From assembly GCA_047967505.1 (NCBI GenBank), contig CM106538.1: a stretch of DNA of 64,000 bases; one strand, given 5' to 3'. The first letter of the stretch is position 1. Each line of letters begins with the position of its first letter. A program made the translations under genes and the position numbers. Of this stretch, positions 49,467 to 62,458 are shown piece after piece. Under the pieces are notes generated by a model, which was not told the DNA's origin, ran no database searches, and saw nothing but the letters and a program-made list of their open reading frames with translations. The stretch comes from Dipteris shenzhenensis. Lineage: Eukaryota.

Positions 49467-52400
49467 TGCACCTCATTAGATGTCATCCTATTCCAATAGA
49501 AAATATCTACAATGTCTATTTCATATTTGGTTTCCTTTACAACATGTACTACGTATTAGAGAACATTTTGTTTTGTGACCATTCAAACTAGCTATATAAG
49601 GTGAAAGCAAGATTAGGTGGAGAAAAAGCATTTCCTTGAGATCACACTTTTAAATCTCCTTGAGCACTTTATTTTCAACTATAGACATGCGCAAAATGCA
49701 AAATTGCATATTGTGCTATAGATCCTTGGACAACTCTTGCTGAGAATTTTGATAGATTTGGATTTAATTTGCAAAATTTTTACCAAAGGTGCCATTTACA
49801 ACATTTTCATAGCTTTCTTTGAAAAAGTGTACCACTAATCTTGATTTCACCCTATTCCCAGTTGAAAGTATAATATGTGGAGGAATTTGAATTAAAGATT
49901 CATTAGCCAATGTTTCATTGCAATTATGTAATGGATGTCACCACTTAGCCTTCAAATTGAGCAAGATTTGATTGCATAGAAGTTGCTATTTCTATTTATC
50001 TTCTTCATTATATGGTGATGTCATTTGGGATAAAGTGTGCTAATTTGTAATTTTCTCCTTTATGTCCTTTATGTGCTGTGCATGATTTCAAGTTTTTGAA
50101 TTGAAGGAATGATACTACATAAATCTTTTAGGAAGTAGCATCTACAATTGAGACAATGATGCTAATTCTACACAATGCTTGAAAAAGTGGTGTCTAAATC
50201 ATAACTGCCTACTATTGACTTTTTTGTGTAGAATGTTTCATCATTAAGGAAAAGTAAGGTGGCTTGTTATATGTAACAAATGCATACCAAGAATCTTTGA
50301 TTCTTTAGGTCTTATGCTTGGGCTCATGTGCACAAGGATTTTAGATTAATCTTGATTCACATAGCAAAAGTGCACCTTCATCAACTGCCAAGGCATATTG
50401 GATGTTGGAATGGTAATACACAATATTGGTGATATGGTCTCATAAGTGATCAAATTCCTGAAAGCCCTACATCACACTTTGGTGAAGGATTGAATTTAGT
50501 TTTAATAGTGAACCCAAATCTAGGATTAAGGGCTAAAGAATCCTAGACTCTACAATCATTTGGTTGTGAGAAACTCCACGTCCTTCAATATGTGTTGCAA
50601 GTTGGCAATCCATTTGGAAGATAACACGATGGACAAATTGTCAAAGAAAATGATCCAACATGTAGGAAGGACCCATCAGAAGTGTCTATTCCCACTAGCT
50701 CCAAAAAACAAGGGACCCTAAGGATTCTAGAACTCTAATTTTGGGATAATGTGGTGGAAGAATTAAGAGAAACAAATTTAAATCAAATGAACCAATAGCT
50801 CAACCTAGGGGCAAGACATGAGGGTCCTAGTAATCCTTACCTATTCCCTAGAAGGGATTTGGTCTTGTTTGCTATTTGTAAGCAAAACCATATAAGAATC
50901 ATATGCCCACAGCTTTGAGCCATACCAGCTCTCTATTGTGCCATTGTCAAAGGTTAAGTAATCACGATAATACACACTATAGATACCCTAAGGTCCAAAC
51001 TAGAGCCCACTATAGGCAAACCCTTGCTTTGGCCGCACCACCAAATGCTTCCAATAAGCAAGTGGCCCAAACCATAAACCTAGGCTAGAGCCATGTAGAG
51101 GGATGATGAAGCTCTATTCCCACTATCGATTTTTCTACCACGATTGCCACCACCTAGAGTGAATTTGGTTAAGCAAATTTTTCCTAAAGGGATAAAGTAC
51201 TGGGATGGTGCCAACTCAAAAATAATTGACCTAAGATGATGATGCCTTATCTTGATCGAGCTAATACATCATCTAAGGTGTTGTTCCAATGCTTGCATTC
51301 CAAAGTTCAGTGGTTACAAATATGGCATACATAAACAACATGGCGTGAAAATCAACATTACCAAAGGCCATATCAAATTGCAATATACACAAAATAGAAC
51401 CCTACTCCAATTTGAAACCCCACATCATCAATAGTTGTATGTAATGGGTGTGTAATTGCACATCTTTATAAGGGTTGTACCCTCATGAGTTCATCAACAT
51501 CTGCTTTGCCAACTAGTAAGCTAGCCATCCTAGGTCCCATGATCTATAAATGAGGAGGTAGGTCCCCCTCACTTGACACTCAACCCCAATGCCTCCTTAC
51601 CGTCGTAAGGCCCCCAATCTCCCCTTATGTATACTTGGCATAGCCACTCTCCCTCACCCTCACCCTCATTCCACAAGCTTTTCCCTTTCGCTTCTACATC
51701 TAACCTAGGGTGTACGGAGAAGCTAGCTTAGGGATCTGAATCAATCCATTTGGTAAAGTATATGTGACAATATTGAGGCATGACTTTTGCCCTCTATTTA
51801 AGTTATACTTTTAGATTCTACTTGTCCTTGAGTACCAATTCTTTGCTGCTATAATATTTGTTGTACTAGAAATTTGTTACTGAGGCATATTCTAGGTTTA
51901 GATTTTGTTGCCATCTTTGGTTGAGTTGATTTGGATTGCACCTCATTAGATGCCATCCTATTCTAATAGAAAATATTTACAATGTTTATTTCATATTTGG
52001 TTCCCTTACAACATGTACTATGTATTAGAGAACATTTTGTTTTGTGAGCATTCAAACTAGCTATATTAGGTGAAAGCAAGATTAGGTGGAAAAAAATGCA
52101 TTTCCTTGACATCACACTTTTAAATCTCCTTGAGCGCTTTATTTTCAACTATAGACATGCGCAAAATGCAAAATTGTATATCGCGCTATAGATCCTTGGA
52201 CAACTCTTAACGAGAACTATCCAAATGTTTAAATTTTGATAGATTTGGATTTAATTTGAAAAATTTTTTAAATTCAAATATGCAAGGGAAAAATATGAAA
52301 ATTTCATGTCCCCCCACCCACAAAATATAAGTATATACCTTGAAAAATATGTAAGATTTTAAATTTTGTACACATTTTTGATAATATGTGAGGCCCAAGG

Positions 52401-53056
52401 GGGGGGGTCTTTTGGATGAGGGCAGGTAAAAGGAAAAATACACTAAAATATGAAAACCCATCTCCTTTCAAATTAATTTAACTTTTTCATGTGTTACCCA
52501 AATTTCAAGGTCTAAAGACATATTTGAAGCTCTTTTACTATAGAACACAACAATGTTCATTTGAATAATTTCTACTCATGGCATATTGTTAAATTCATCT
52601 CATACTCAAGATTTTGATGGGTTTTCTTACTAAAGGGAATTGGCACCCTAGGCAGTAGAGAGTATGATCTGCATTGGATTTAATGTATCCCAAATTAGCA
52701 AACTACTTATGGCGTTTGCATTAAGCCGTAGAGACTTTTCTTGAGATCGCAAACCTAATTCTCTTTTCATGGTTCAACATAACCTACTGGTTGTTGCATG
52801 TAGACTTCCTCATCTAGGTAACCATTGAGAAAAGCATTCTTGACATCTAGCTGGTACACATTCCATCTGTTGAGTATTGTTAGGGATATCAAAAACCATA
52901 TGGAATTTATCTTTGCTACTAGATCATAAGTCTTATCATAGACTTGACCATATTGCTATGACCAGAGATGCCATTTACACCATTGTTGCAACTTTCTTTG
53001 AAAAAGTGTACCACCTAATCTTGATTTCATCCTATTACTAGTTGAAAGTATAATAT
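49467..53056. repeat. Dispersed direct duplication: 49467-49876 is repeated at 51937-~52270 plus 52966-53056
   Basis: Long near-identical stretches (tgcacctcattagatg.catcctattc... through ...gttgaaagtataatat). The second copy is split by ~700 bp. Confidence 0.85.
52700..52960 (-). mobile_element. Ty1/copia RT fragment
   Basis: Minus strand YDKTYDLVAKINSI...VYQLDVKNAFLNGYLDEEVYMQQPVGY...CDLKKSLYGL. Confidence 0.85.
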
Positions 53057-53349
53057 CCTAAACAATAAATGCCATGCATTATTCAAAGGAGGCTTAGTGT
53101 CCTCCCGTGGTTCCCAATAAGTCTCAAGATTGACCACTTGTTCAAGATGCACAACATCGAACTATATTTAGTTGTCTTTTATGGACCCCATTCAAACATC
53201 ATTGTAGGAGTTGCTTATTTTTCCCCTTTTTCTCCTTGTCAGCCCATTTTCATGGTAGATCAGCATTCTTTTGAAGTGGAGCTCTGAGAGCAAGATGATA
53301 TGGAAATTTGAGAGCAATATGATTTGGAAATTAGATGGATTTGGAGCAA

Positions 53350-53524
53350 GATGGATCCATCTATGTGGAGGTGCCCTGTTTATGTCCAACCTCCTTCAAC
53401 ATGCATCTCAAGATGTTGCACCTTCGCCCAATTGCAGGATGGATCCATCCAAGTGGATGTGCCCTATTTATGTCCAACCTCCTTCAACATGCATCTCAAG
53501 ACATTGTGCCTCGCCCAATTGCAG
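53350..53524. repeat. Tandem duplication, two ~88 bp units
   Basis: gatggatccatc...tttatgtccaacctccttcaacatgcatctcaaga...cgcccaattgcag occurs twice. Confidence 0.9.
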
Positions 53525-53964
53525 GGTCCAAGAACCTCTAGCCCAATTTTGTCTTAAGATAAATATTATTTTGCCAAATTTTGTAATGATACAAACACAC
53601 TTCTCTTCTCTCATATTCTCTTGCCAAATGGTGAATCTGTTTGAACTGTTATAACAAAAAATTTGTAATATAGTAAAGTATGAGACGATAAATCTTGAAG
53701 TCAAGAGTAAATGGTTTGGGCTCCTATTTGGGGTACCAAGGGATTTCTAGCCCTTGAATGCACATCATTGTTTTTTACATAAGATGCAATCCGTTCTTAG
53801 TGATATCATGAGCACGTGCTAATAGTGATAAGAAGTTTCCAAAAGTGCCAAAAGTGCATTCTTCTACAGTTGTGGTTGGGATGCTAAGGGAATCAGATTC
53901 ATTCCCTTGAATGCATATTACAGTTTAATTTTCTATTTAGTCAAGTTATCTTCTATCTTAAATC

Positions 53965-54356
53965 CAAAAGGAAAGAAGAAGGGTAGGATGTTTACATTGG
54001 ATGAGGACATGCCTGAATTGAGTGCAGCAATGTTTGCACATGGGACCGGTGTTGTTGCAGATATTGATATCTGGCATAAACGCATTGGTCATGTTAATGT
54101 ACAGCGACTTAAATCAATGCAAGCCCAAAATATTGTTGTAGGATTGCCTAAATTCAAGGTTGTAGAAATGCATAAGGTATGCGAAGCTTGTCAATTTGGA
54201 AAACAGGCAAGGAAACCATTTCCTAGGCATGTTCAAGAGAGTAAGAAGCCATTGGAATTAATCCACTCTGATGTGTGGACTACTAAAGCTGCATCTATTG
54301 GAGGCTGTCATTATTTTGTCACTTTTATTGATGACTACAGTAGAAAAGTTTGGGTA
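53965..54356 (+). mobile_element. Internal fragment of copia family A (GAG-pre-integrase to integrase start)
   Basis: KGKKKGRMFTLD...DIWHKRIGHVN...HYFVTFIDDYSRKVW is nearly identical to the corresponding part of the 43070-46204 ORF. Confidence 0.93.
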
Positions 54357-55132
54357 CTTAGTAGAGGGGGTTTAAATAGGGAGAGATGAGAGTAGTCGAG
54401 AGGTTCAGGTAGGAGAGGAGGTCAAGGCCCGAGGCCCGAGATATTTGGGGTGATGGATGCCCAAATTGATGGAAGGGCATACAGATATCGAGGAGTCAGG
54501 GAGGCCGAGTAGCAATTTGTGTAAGATGTGTGGGTTTAGAGGGCAAGGAGGTTTTACATGGCGTGTGGAGGTTTAGTGTATAATTTTTAAAGGGAAAAGA
54601 AAAAAAGGGTTGGGGGGAGGGGAGGTCGTTTGTTTTAATAAAGGAAAAAATAAAAGAATGGGAACAAAATGAGGGGAATGATTTATAGAAAAATTTTATA
54701 AAAAAACAATTTAAAAACCACAAGGAGGGAGATATTAATAAAACAATGTTTAACTAATGAGAAAAAAATTAGGAAGAAAGGGAAAATAGAAATTGGGATA
54801 ACTTATGGGAGGTAGTTGTGAAGGGGGGGCAGCCACAAAAGAAAACGGATGGGAGCAAGATAAGTAAATGAGAGGGGATAAAAAAATTAGGAGAATTTTT
54901 AAAATTAATTAAGGAAAATTAGGCAAAAAATAGGGAGAAATAACTAGGCCAAATTAGAGGGAGTGTAACTAAGCTATGCAGTGAAAAGAGAAAATAGGAA
55001 AATTAAGAGAAATCTTTGGAAATTAGGAAATAATTAGGGGGAATATAATGAGCTAGAGAGAGGGGATAAGTTGTTGGGAAAGGGTTTTCAAGGGAAAAAA
55101 GTAATCAGAATGGTCAAAAGGAAAAAGAGGAT

Positions 55133-55134
55133 AG

Positions 55135-55174
<40 letters not shown>

Positions 55175-55235
55175 CGTGCGTGCATGTGTTTGTATGTGTG
55201 AGTGTGTGTGTGGCGGGGGGGTGTTTGTGTGTGTA
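55133..55235. repeat. (TG)n microsatellite, preceded by a purine-rich tract (54360-55130)
   Basis: Directly visible in the sequence. Confidence 0.9.
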
Positions 55236-55490
55236 CAACATGTATAGTCTTATTCAAAGGATTTCAAGGGATCCAAATCATTTAAAGGATGGATTTTCTC
55301 CTTAATAGTCTCTACCTGAGCACATTTACTTACTCGCATAAAAATTATGCTTGAGGTGGAAGACATTCAATTTTAATGAAAAAGTGCCATATCAAAGCCA
55401 ATGGGAGAGATCATCATCAAGAGAAAGATATCTAACAGTCTCTTGACAATCAACCCAACAATAGAAAGGTGATAATATCCAACTCATATC

Positions 55491-56200
55491 TGTTGAGAAA
55501 CCATGCTCAACATCATGTGATCATATGTGCCTAGCACTAACCTAATGGAGTGCTATAAAGGAAAGGGTTAGATGCCCTATCCCTTACCCTAAAAGGGTTT
55601 GTATATATTCTACAATTTCAACTAAATCTAGTGTACAGTTAGTCATTTGTGGTGTGCTCTCTAGCTGTGCCCTCTCTCCTCATTTCCATTCTTCTCCTCC
55701 CCCTCTTCATATTTTGTCATGGTATCAGAGCTCCCTTGCCTTTTGTTAGGCATTGCAATCCGTATGAGAGAGTGTGATTGATTGAGAGATTGATCTTCAT
55801 GCTTTCATTCCGTTGATGAAAGATTTCCATTCATTGGAAGAAGTTTCCGTTCATAGCTCTTCTCAGAGTTTTGAGAGGATTTTCATTTTCAGTGAGAGAT
55901 TCTTGAGTGTGAGTGAAAAATTCCTTGCATTTCTTCAGATTGTGAGAGACTTGTGAGGTAGAGAACTTTCAAATCTCCAATTTATAGGGAAAGAGAGACT
56001 ATTCTCTATTCTTCTTGAGAGCTCCTGAGAGATCTAAATTGTGGCACTAAGGCACTAAGAGCAAGCTTCTACAACAAACTACATCGACATCAGAGACTCT
56101 ACATGCAAAAGCAGCCAGCACAACATAGCACCATGCACTAGAAGCAGAGGATGCTCACATAGCAGCAAACAACATCGACCAATCACAATAGCTCGGCTAC
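55491..56200 (+). mobile_element. Family B LTR (55491-55719), PBS (55720-55731) and leader
   Basis: tgttgag...ttgtca followed by tggtatcagagc; reverse-complement homologue of 36242-36509. Confidence 0.88.
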
Positions 56201-56209
56201 TACTATTAA

Positions 56210-59200
56210 CTAGAAAAGAATTCGAGGCATGATGCTAGACGCGAGGCATGGCGACACTCGAGGGCCATAGGGGAAAAGGGGACGTGAGGGAAGAAGCATA
56301 AACATAGGTGGGGAAAAAGGACTAAGAGGGGTGGGAATGAAGAGAGGGACTATGCCACAAGGGGGAAGGGAGAGGGGGAAGAGGAGCATGTACATGATGG
56401 GAGGTGGAATGTAGAGATGGAGACATCAAGGGAAGAGAGTCATGCATTATTTGAAAGGAAATATGGGGGGGGGGAATCAAAGTACTAGCTAGGTGGCTTT
56501 ACAAGAATGAGCATGTCCCATCAAGGAATAGCCCCCTCCTTTTATAGCCAAGAGAGGGGGTCTCTCCCAATAAATGTGTCCTCCCACATGCATGGTGTGT
56601 GTGGAAGAGTCTCCCATGTGGGCTAGGTGGGTACGCACTCTCAATTGTTTGCGACAACCCTTTGCCTCATTTTTCCACATAAATCAAACCCCATATCTCA
56701 AGTCTAAGATACTCCCTTGGTCTCCTCTCAATTTTATAATTCATTCAAACATCTAGGAGGACAAGTGGAGGGTTGGCACAAGAAGTCTTGCCACCTCATC
56801 CTACTTTCCCAATTATTTAACTTGCATTCTTTGACTATCTACACCCCCCCACATGGGCCTATCCTACATGGAGGGAATAATCCGATATAATATCCATCTC
56901 CACCTATTTTATATGACTTCTCCCATGGTCCTTGGGCCATGTCTCACTAAATGCAGGCATGGGGCTGCCTAGGTGGAGGGGTGGCACATGGAGGAACCAT
57001 GCCACCTTACCATTTTATAATATAACTACCATGGATTATGTGCAACACACTTATGGGTCCTCTTACGTGGAAGGGTAGCACATGGTCATGCCCTGCCACC
57101 TCAACCCTAGGCCCTATCCACACCATATTTTATTATACTATTGCCACACATATATTTATGCCTTTTACCTTGGTCAAATTTATCCATAACAGTTCCCCCC
57201 CCAGGCAAGGAGTGCACAGCATTTCCATGCCTGCACCATCACAAACAAAGAAGGGCGTGAAATAATGTTTGTTGATCACCTTCTTGCCATATGGCTCATG
57301 CAGCTCCTGTACTTGTACAGACCCATTGCTATGTTCCTTGATGACTTTGTATGGACTGGTCCACAGTGGAAGGAACTTTTTATCCATTTGGTGGTCCAAT
57401 CTGTTATCAAAGCATAGCACAACATCCCCCTCAGCAAAGTGTCTTTCCCATCCCTTGCGAATCTTAGCATCCAAGTGGGCCTTTTGTCAGTTCTTTTGGA
57501 TCTCTGTTTGATGGAGTGCAAGGCGTCGAGTTTCATCTAGCTTCTCAAGTTGTACCAACCTGGCCTCTACATGTTCATCTTCTGTCATCCTCTATTCTTG
57601 TGCCAATCTCAAGGCTAGAATTTCTATCTCTAGTAGTAAAATTGCCTTAGTACTGTACACCAACTCAAAAGGAGTGTGACCTGTAGACGTTTTATGGGTG
57701 ATGTTGTAAGGCCACACGGCTTCAGTGACCTTTTGATCCTAGTGGCTCCTATTCCCCGTGGCCATTTTCCCCATGGTTTTACAAAGGAGGCCGTTGGTCC
57801 ACTCCGTTTGTCCCATGGATGCTGGATAATAGATGCTAGAAGTGCGATGATCAATACCCATGTGATCCATGAGCAACTCCATTGTTTCATTTAAGAATGG
57901 ACTCCCATGGTCAGATACTATTTCCATGGGTGTCCCAAATCTTGTGCAGATACATTCAAATATGAAATTTGAAACTGCCTTACCATTTGCAGCGAGGAGG
58001 GCAATAGCTTCAACCCACTTAGTGACATACTGAGTGGCTACTAGAAGATACTTCTTTTTGCGGGCAGTCATGGGCAGGGGCCTGACAAAATCTATTCCCC
58101 ACTTCTGAAACAGATGGATGGACATCACTGGGTGATGTTGCCCAGGATGCATATCCTTCCCACCAAAGAATTGGCATGGTTCACAAGTTTTGCAATACAT
58201 AGTGACATCCTTGAACAAGGTCGGCCAATAGTACCCAGCATGTAAAATATTCTTAGCTGTATAGTCACCGGCATAGTGGCCTCCAAAAAATCCATCATGA
58301 TAATGCTTCAATACCTTAGGTACTTCATCTGCATCAATGGCCCGTCTTAGTACCCCATCCATGCCTTGATGATACAACACCCCATCAAAGAGAGTGTAGC
58401 GCCTACTATCTCTGCGGATCTTCTTTCTCTCATAGCTAGTACTTTCTGGAGGAAAGGAGAAAGTGGTCAGAAATCTATAGATACCACCATACCATGGATC
58501 CCCAACTTCTATGGCCACTACAAGGGTTACATTGAGGCACTCCTCTAAATCAATCAAAGCATTCTTCAAGTTGGAACAACCCCCTTTTCCAATTTTGAAA
58601 GAAAATTCATATTCTTGTAAACTGCCAACCATTTGGCCAACCGGCCCATGGGAATTGGTGATTGAAGAACCTACTTTGCAAGACCATTGCTAGAGATTTT
58701 AATGAAGGACTTTCTAGCCACATAATGCTTAAATTTCTCAATGCAAAACACCAAAGACAAGGCATGCTTGTCAGCTTTAGAGTAGCATCTTTCAATTTTG
58801 AGCAATTGTCGAGAAGCAAATCGAATGGGATACATGAACCGATCCTCCCCTTGCTGGGGACGAATACCCGCCAGAGTGTGTTCACTAAACCTAGGATTGA
58901 TATAGAAAGTCTTTGACTAATCAGGATTGCATAGAATGGGTTTTGAAGCCAGAGCACTCTTGATTTGTACAAACCCATGATCACAATCCTGATCCCAAGA
59001 GAAATCAACTCCATTTTTTAATAGCATAGTCAAGGGTCGCATCAAAGCAGCATATAGATCAATGAAGCGGTGATAGTATCCTACTAGATTAACAAATGAG
59101 CGTACTTGATTTTTGGTTGTTGGTAGGGAGAGCTTGAGGATAGCTTCGACCTTCTCGGGGTTTAGGCTTGATGCCATCGGATGAGACAATATGCCCTGGT

Positions 59201-62200
59201 AACCTCCCTTGAGTGGCTCCAATGGTGCATTTATCAGGGTTGAGGCTGCCATTTGCATCATTGACCCTTTGGAAGGCCAACCTAACCTTCATGACATGCT
59301 CCTTCCGTGCCGAGAATATACAAAAATCATCTAAAAATACCTCCAAGAAAACCCCCAAATAAGGAGCAAACACCATTTGCATAAATCTTTGAAAGGTAGC
59401 AGGACCATTAGTGAGGCCAAATGGCATTACTTTGAATGCAAACATCCCCTAAGGTGTGGCCAATGTGCTTTTAAGCACATCCTCCTCGGAAATTCTGATT
59501 TGATAAAACCCAGAGTAACCATCACAGAAAGTATACATCTCATGACCACTTACATTCTCAAGAATGACGTCTTGAAAGAGCAGAGGATGATGGTCCCTCT
59601 TGGTGGCCACATTGAGTTTCTTATAATTGATGCAAACCTGCCACTTGTTGTTTTTCTTTGGGGTGACTACCACTGGTGAAACCCATTCAATATTGTGGAC
59701 CGGAACAATAAACCTAGCTCCTACAAGCTTCTGCAACTCTAAGCGCAAAGCGTCGGTTTGTAGGGGCATGGTGGTAGCTAGTTGCAAAGAGGTCAAGGAA
59801 ATCTTTGAACATTTCTAGGAACTCATCTTTCTCACTCGAAGTGAGGTCAGGGGAAAGCATAGATTCAAGCTGTTGAGGACTAGCTGTTACCTTTTCTATG
59901 GGTGGCAGGGTCAGAGACACCCCCATCATGTAAACTTCTTCCTTTGAGAACTCCTCCCCCCTATCTAAATCTTCCATTGACTCAGACATTGAGGATGAGA
60001 GAGTATCCTTGTCTTGCTTTTCTTCTTTTGGTTTAGTGGCACCTAGTTGCACCGGGATCTTCTCCTTTGAAGCACCAAGAGACATGTGTCCTATCTTCCA
60101 ATAGCTGACTGCATCACTCTTTCTCAACCACGGCCTCCCAAGAATGGCTGGGTAGCTCCTGCCTGTATCTTCAATGTCTACTACATAGAAATTGACGGTG
60201 GTGGTCAATCCATTGACAATGACGGGCAAATCCTCAATGACTCCCAGGGTGGCGAGTCGTCAACCATCTACTACCTTGATTTGAGTGGAGGAAGACCTAG
60301 TGCATTTCAAATTCAACTTCTTCAAGATACGAGGCACCATGATATTACATGCAGCTCCCCCATCAACACACACACTTTTGATACGACAATTATGTATGAT
60401 GACATCTATTGTATGCAGGTGACAATCAACTTCTTTAGAGATAGAAGAAATCTCTCATACCTTTCCCTTTGTCTTGCTCTTCCTTGTTGAGAGCCCTTGC
60501 TACAGCTCATGTCTCATCTTAGGGCTTAATGCTATTAGTTGAGGAAGCGTGATGCTCAAAGACCGATGAGCAAGGTCCTAAATGACTAGATAGTCTTCTT
60601 GCCCTGAGCTAATAGAAAAATACGAGGGCAACCACTTACTCCTACAAGATCTTTTAGTCTTTTCTATTGGTGGGTCTGCCATCTCAGCATCTAAGGGCTC
60701 TGAGAAGGACACCTTCTTCCTAAGCCGGCCCAGTCCATAGTTTGGAGAGGGGTCCAAGGTGGTACAACTTCTCTTCCCAAAGTCAAGGATCTCTACATCA
60801 GAATCTTTGGTGCCTGACTCACTTAGAAGATTCACCCTTGGAATATTGGGACATTAGGTGCGATAATGACCCTTGGTGGCACTCATAGCGTGGCACTCAT
60901 AGCACACAACATTGGCACGTTCTCTTGGAGGGTGATTGGCTTGATTTCTGATGCCTACCACCTCAAGCCGAAGATCATTCAGGGCCTTGGCTAGGTCATT
61001 GACTCCGGGTTCTTTAGCAGGAGGGGCCGGGGGAGTAGGAATGAGGGGGCTCATGGGCGAGGGTGGGAAAATCTCCCAAGCGAAGGGTGAGGATATACAC
61101 CTTATTGAGGCTAAGCATCTAAGGGAGGACCATACATTTGAGGTGGAGGCAGTGGATACATCCCTGATGAGGGGTGGGGGTATGCCCCCCAGGTTGTTGC
61201 TGTAAGAATTGAGGGGGTTGCGAAGGGACAATCGTCTTCTTTGAAGCGGGGTCAGATTGAACTTTATCAAACTTTTGAGCAATCTCATGTGCTAACACCA
61301 TGGTTTTTGGATTCTCCCATTTAAGCTTGAGGCGAAATTCATCACTTGCTCCTACTACAAGGTAGCCCAACACATGCTGAGTCATTCCAACTCAAAATTC
61401 GGTGTTGTCCTCTTGTGTGGCAATTAAACGGTCTAGGAGCATGGTCGCTCGATCCACATATCGACACGCCATCTCACCTTCTGACTACTTCAGGTTTGCC
61501 ACCTGCAGGTACACATTCTCCGGCTCCTCTTCTTTGCCGAAATACTCGATCATAGCTGCTGTCAACCTCGGCCAACTTTGGTGAACGTCTTCAGCATGCT
61601 TCTCATACCACACTTGAGCCAAACCCTCTAGAAATGTGGGAAGAACCAACAACCATCTATCTTCATTAAGAAAGTTGAGAGAAACACAACGGTGCTTGAA
61701 GGCTACAAGATCCTCATTTGGATTTTCTTCAACCCGACCACAGAATACGAGAATGTCAGCCATGCTTGGAAAATGGAAAAGAGAGAGGCGAAATGAGGCT
61801 TATCTATTGGCAAACAATGGAAAGAGGTAGCTTGAACTGAAAATAAGGTGAAGATACGTCCACAAGGCACACATAGGCAAGGTAGGGTGTGACTGGTGTA
61901 TTGTGAAATACTACACGGGAAGAATCTTTAGCATAGAATAGCTCATAAACAATTTTAAAAGGACCAACCCTCATGATTTTGCATCCATCTTTACAAGCAA
62001 GGGTTAGAGACATGGCGCTACATGAGGTTGTTCATCAAGGCAAACAAGAATGCCATGACAAATGTCAAGAGTTGGAGAGCTTGCACATCACCTTCAGCTT
62101 CTTCCAGTTCTTGTAGTCGCCATGCTATTTCTTCAAGGGGTGTGCGGTCTAGCATCCTTCTTTTGAGCAATGTCCTTGAGGACCTTTCAGATGATCTTCG

Positions 62201-62450
62201 GAAGTTGGTAAACTCGTATCAAATATGCCCAACACTTAGTTTCATGATGACCACAACCTTTGCATTCCTTACAAATGATCACCCTCATTCATGGCTTGCG
62301 GCTTTGTTGGGGTGGTGCCTCCACTTCCTTCATGCATGATTGAAGTACAAGATTCATGTGCCAAGAAATCAGCAACTAAATTTTAAGCTCGAGGGATATG
62401 CTGAATTTTTACCTCTTCAAATTGTTGGCAAAGTTCCAATGCTTGTTGAT
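56210..62450 (-). mobile_element. Degenerate non-chromovirus Ty3/gypsy element (Athila/Tat-related group) with ~1 kb 3' LTR
   Basis: Gag from 61763 (FCGRVEENP...LAQVWYE; CYEC knuckle remnant), protease region (AILGRPWL), RT (WVSPVVVTPKK, FCDGYSGFYQI, VFLDDF) and integrase (GGHYAG...AGYYWPTLFKD, KWGIDFV, YVTKWVEA). PPT-like G8 then TG at 57191, with a TATAAAA at ~56540. Left LTR end is approximate and the 5' LTR is not seen. Confidence 0.88.
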
Positions 62451-62458
62451 GTCATGGA

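Noticed and set aside
50500-51300. Possible LINE ORF2 C-terminal remnant
   Set aside because: Only vague Trp-rich fragments; too degenerate to call.
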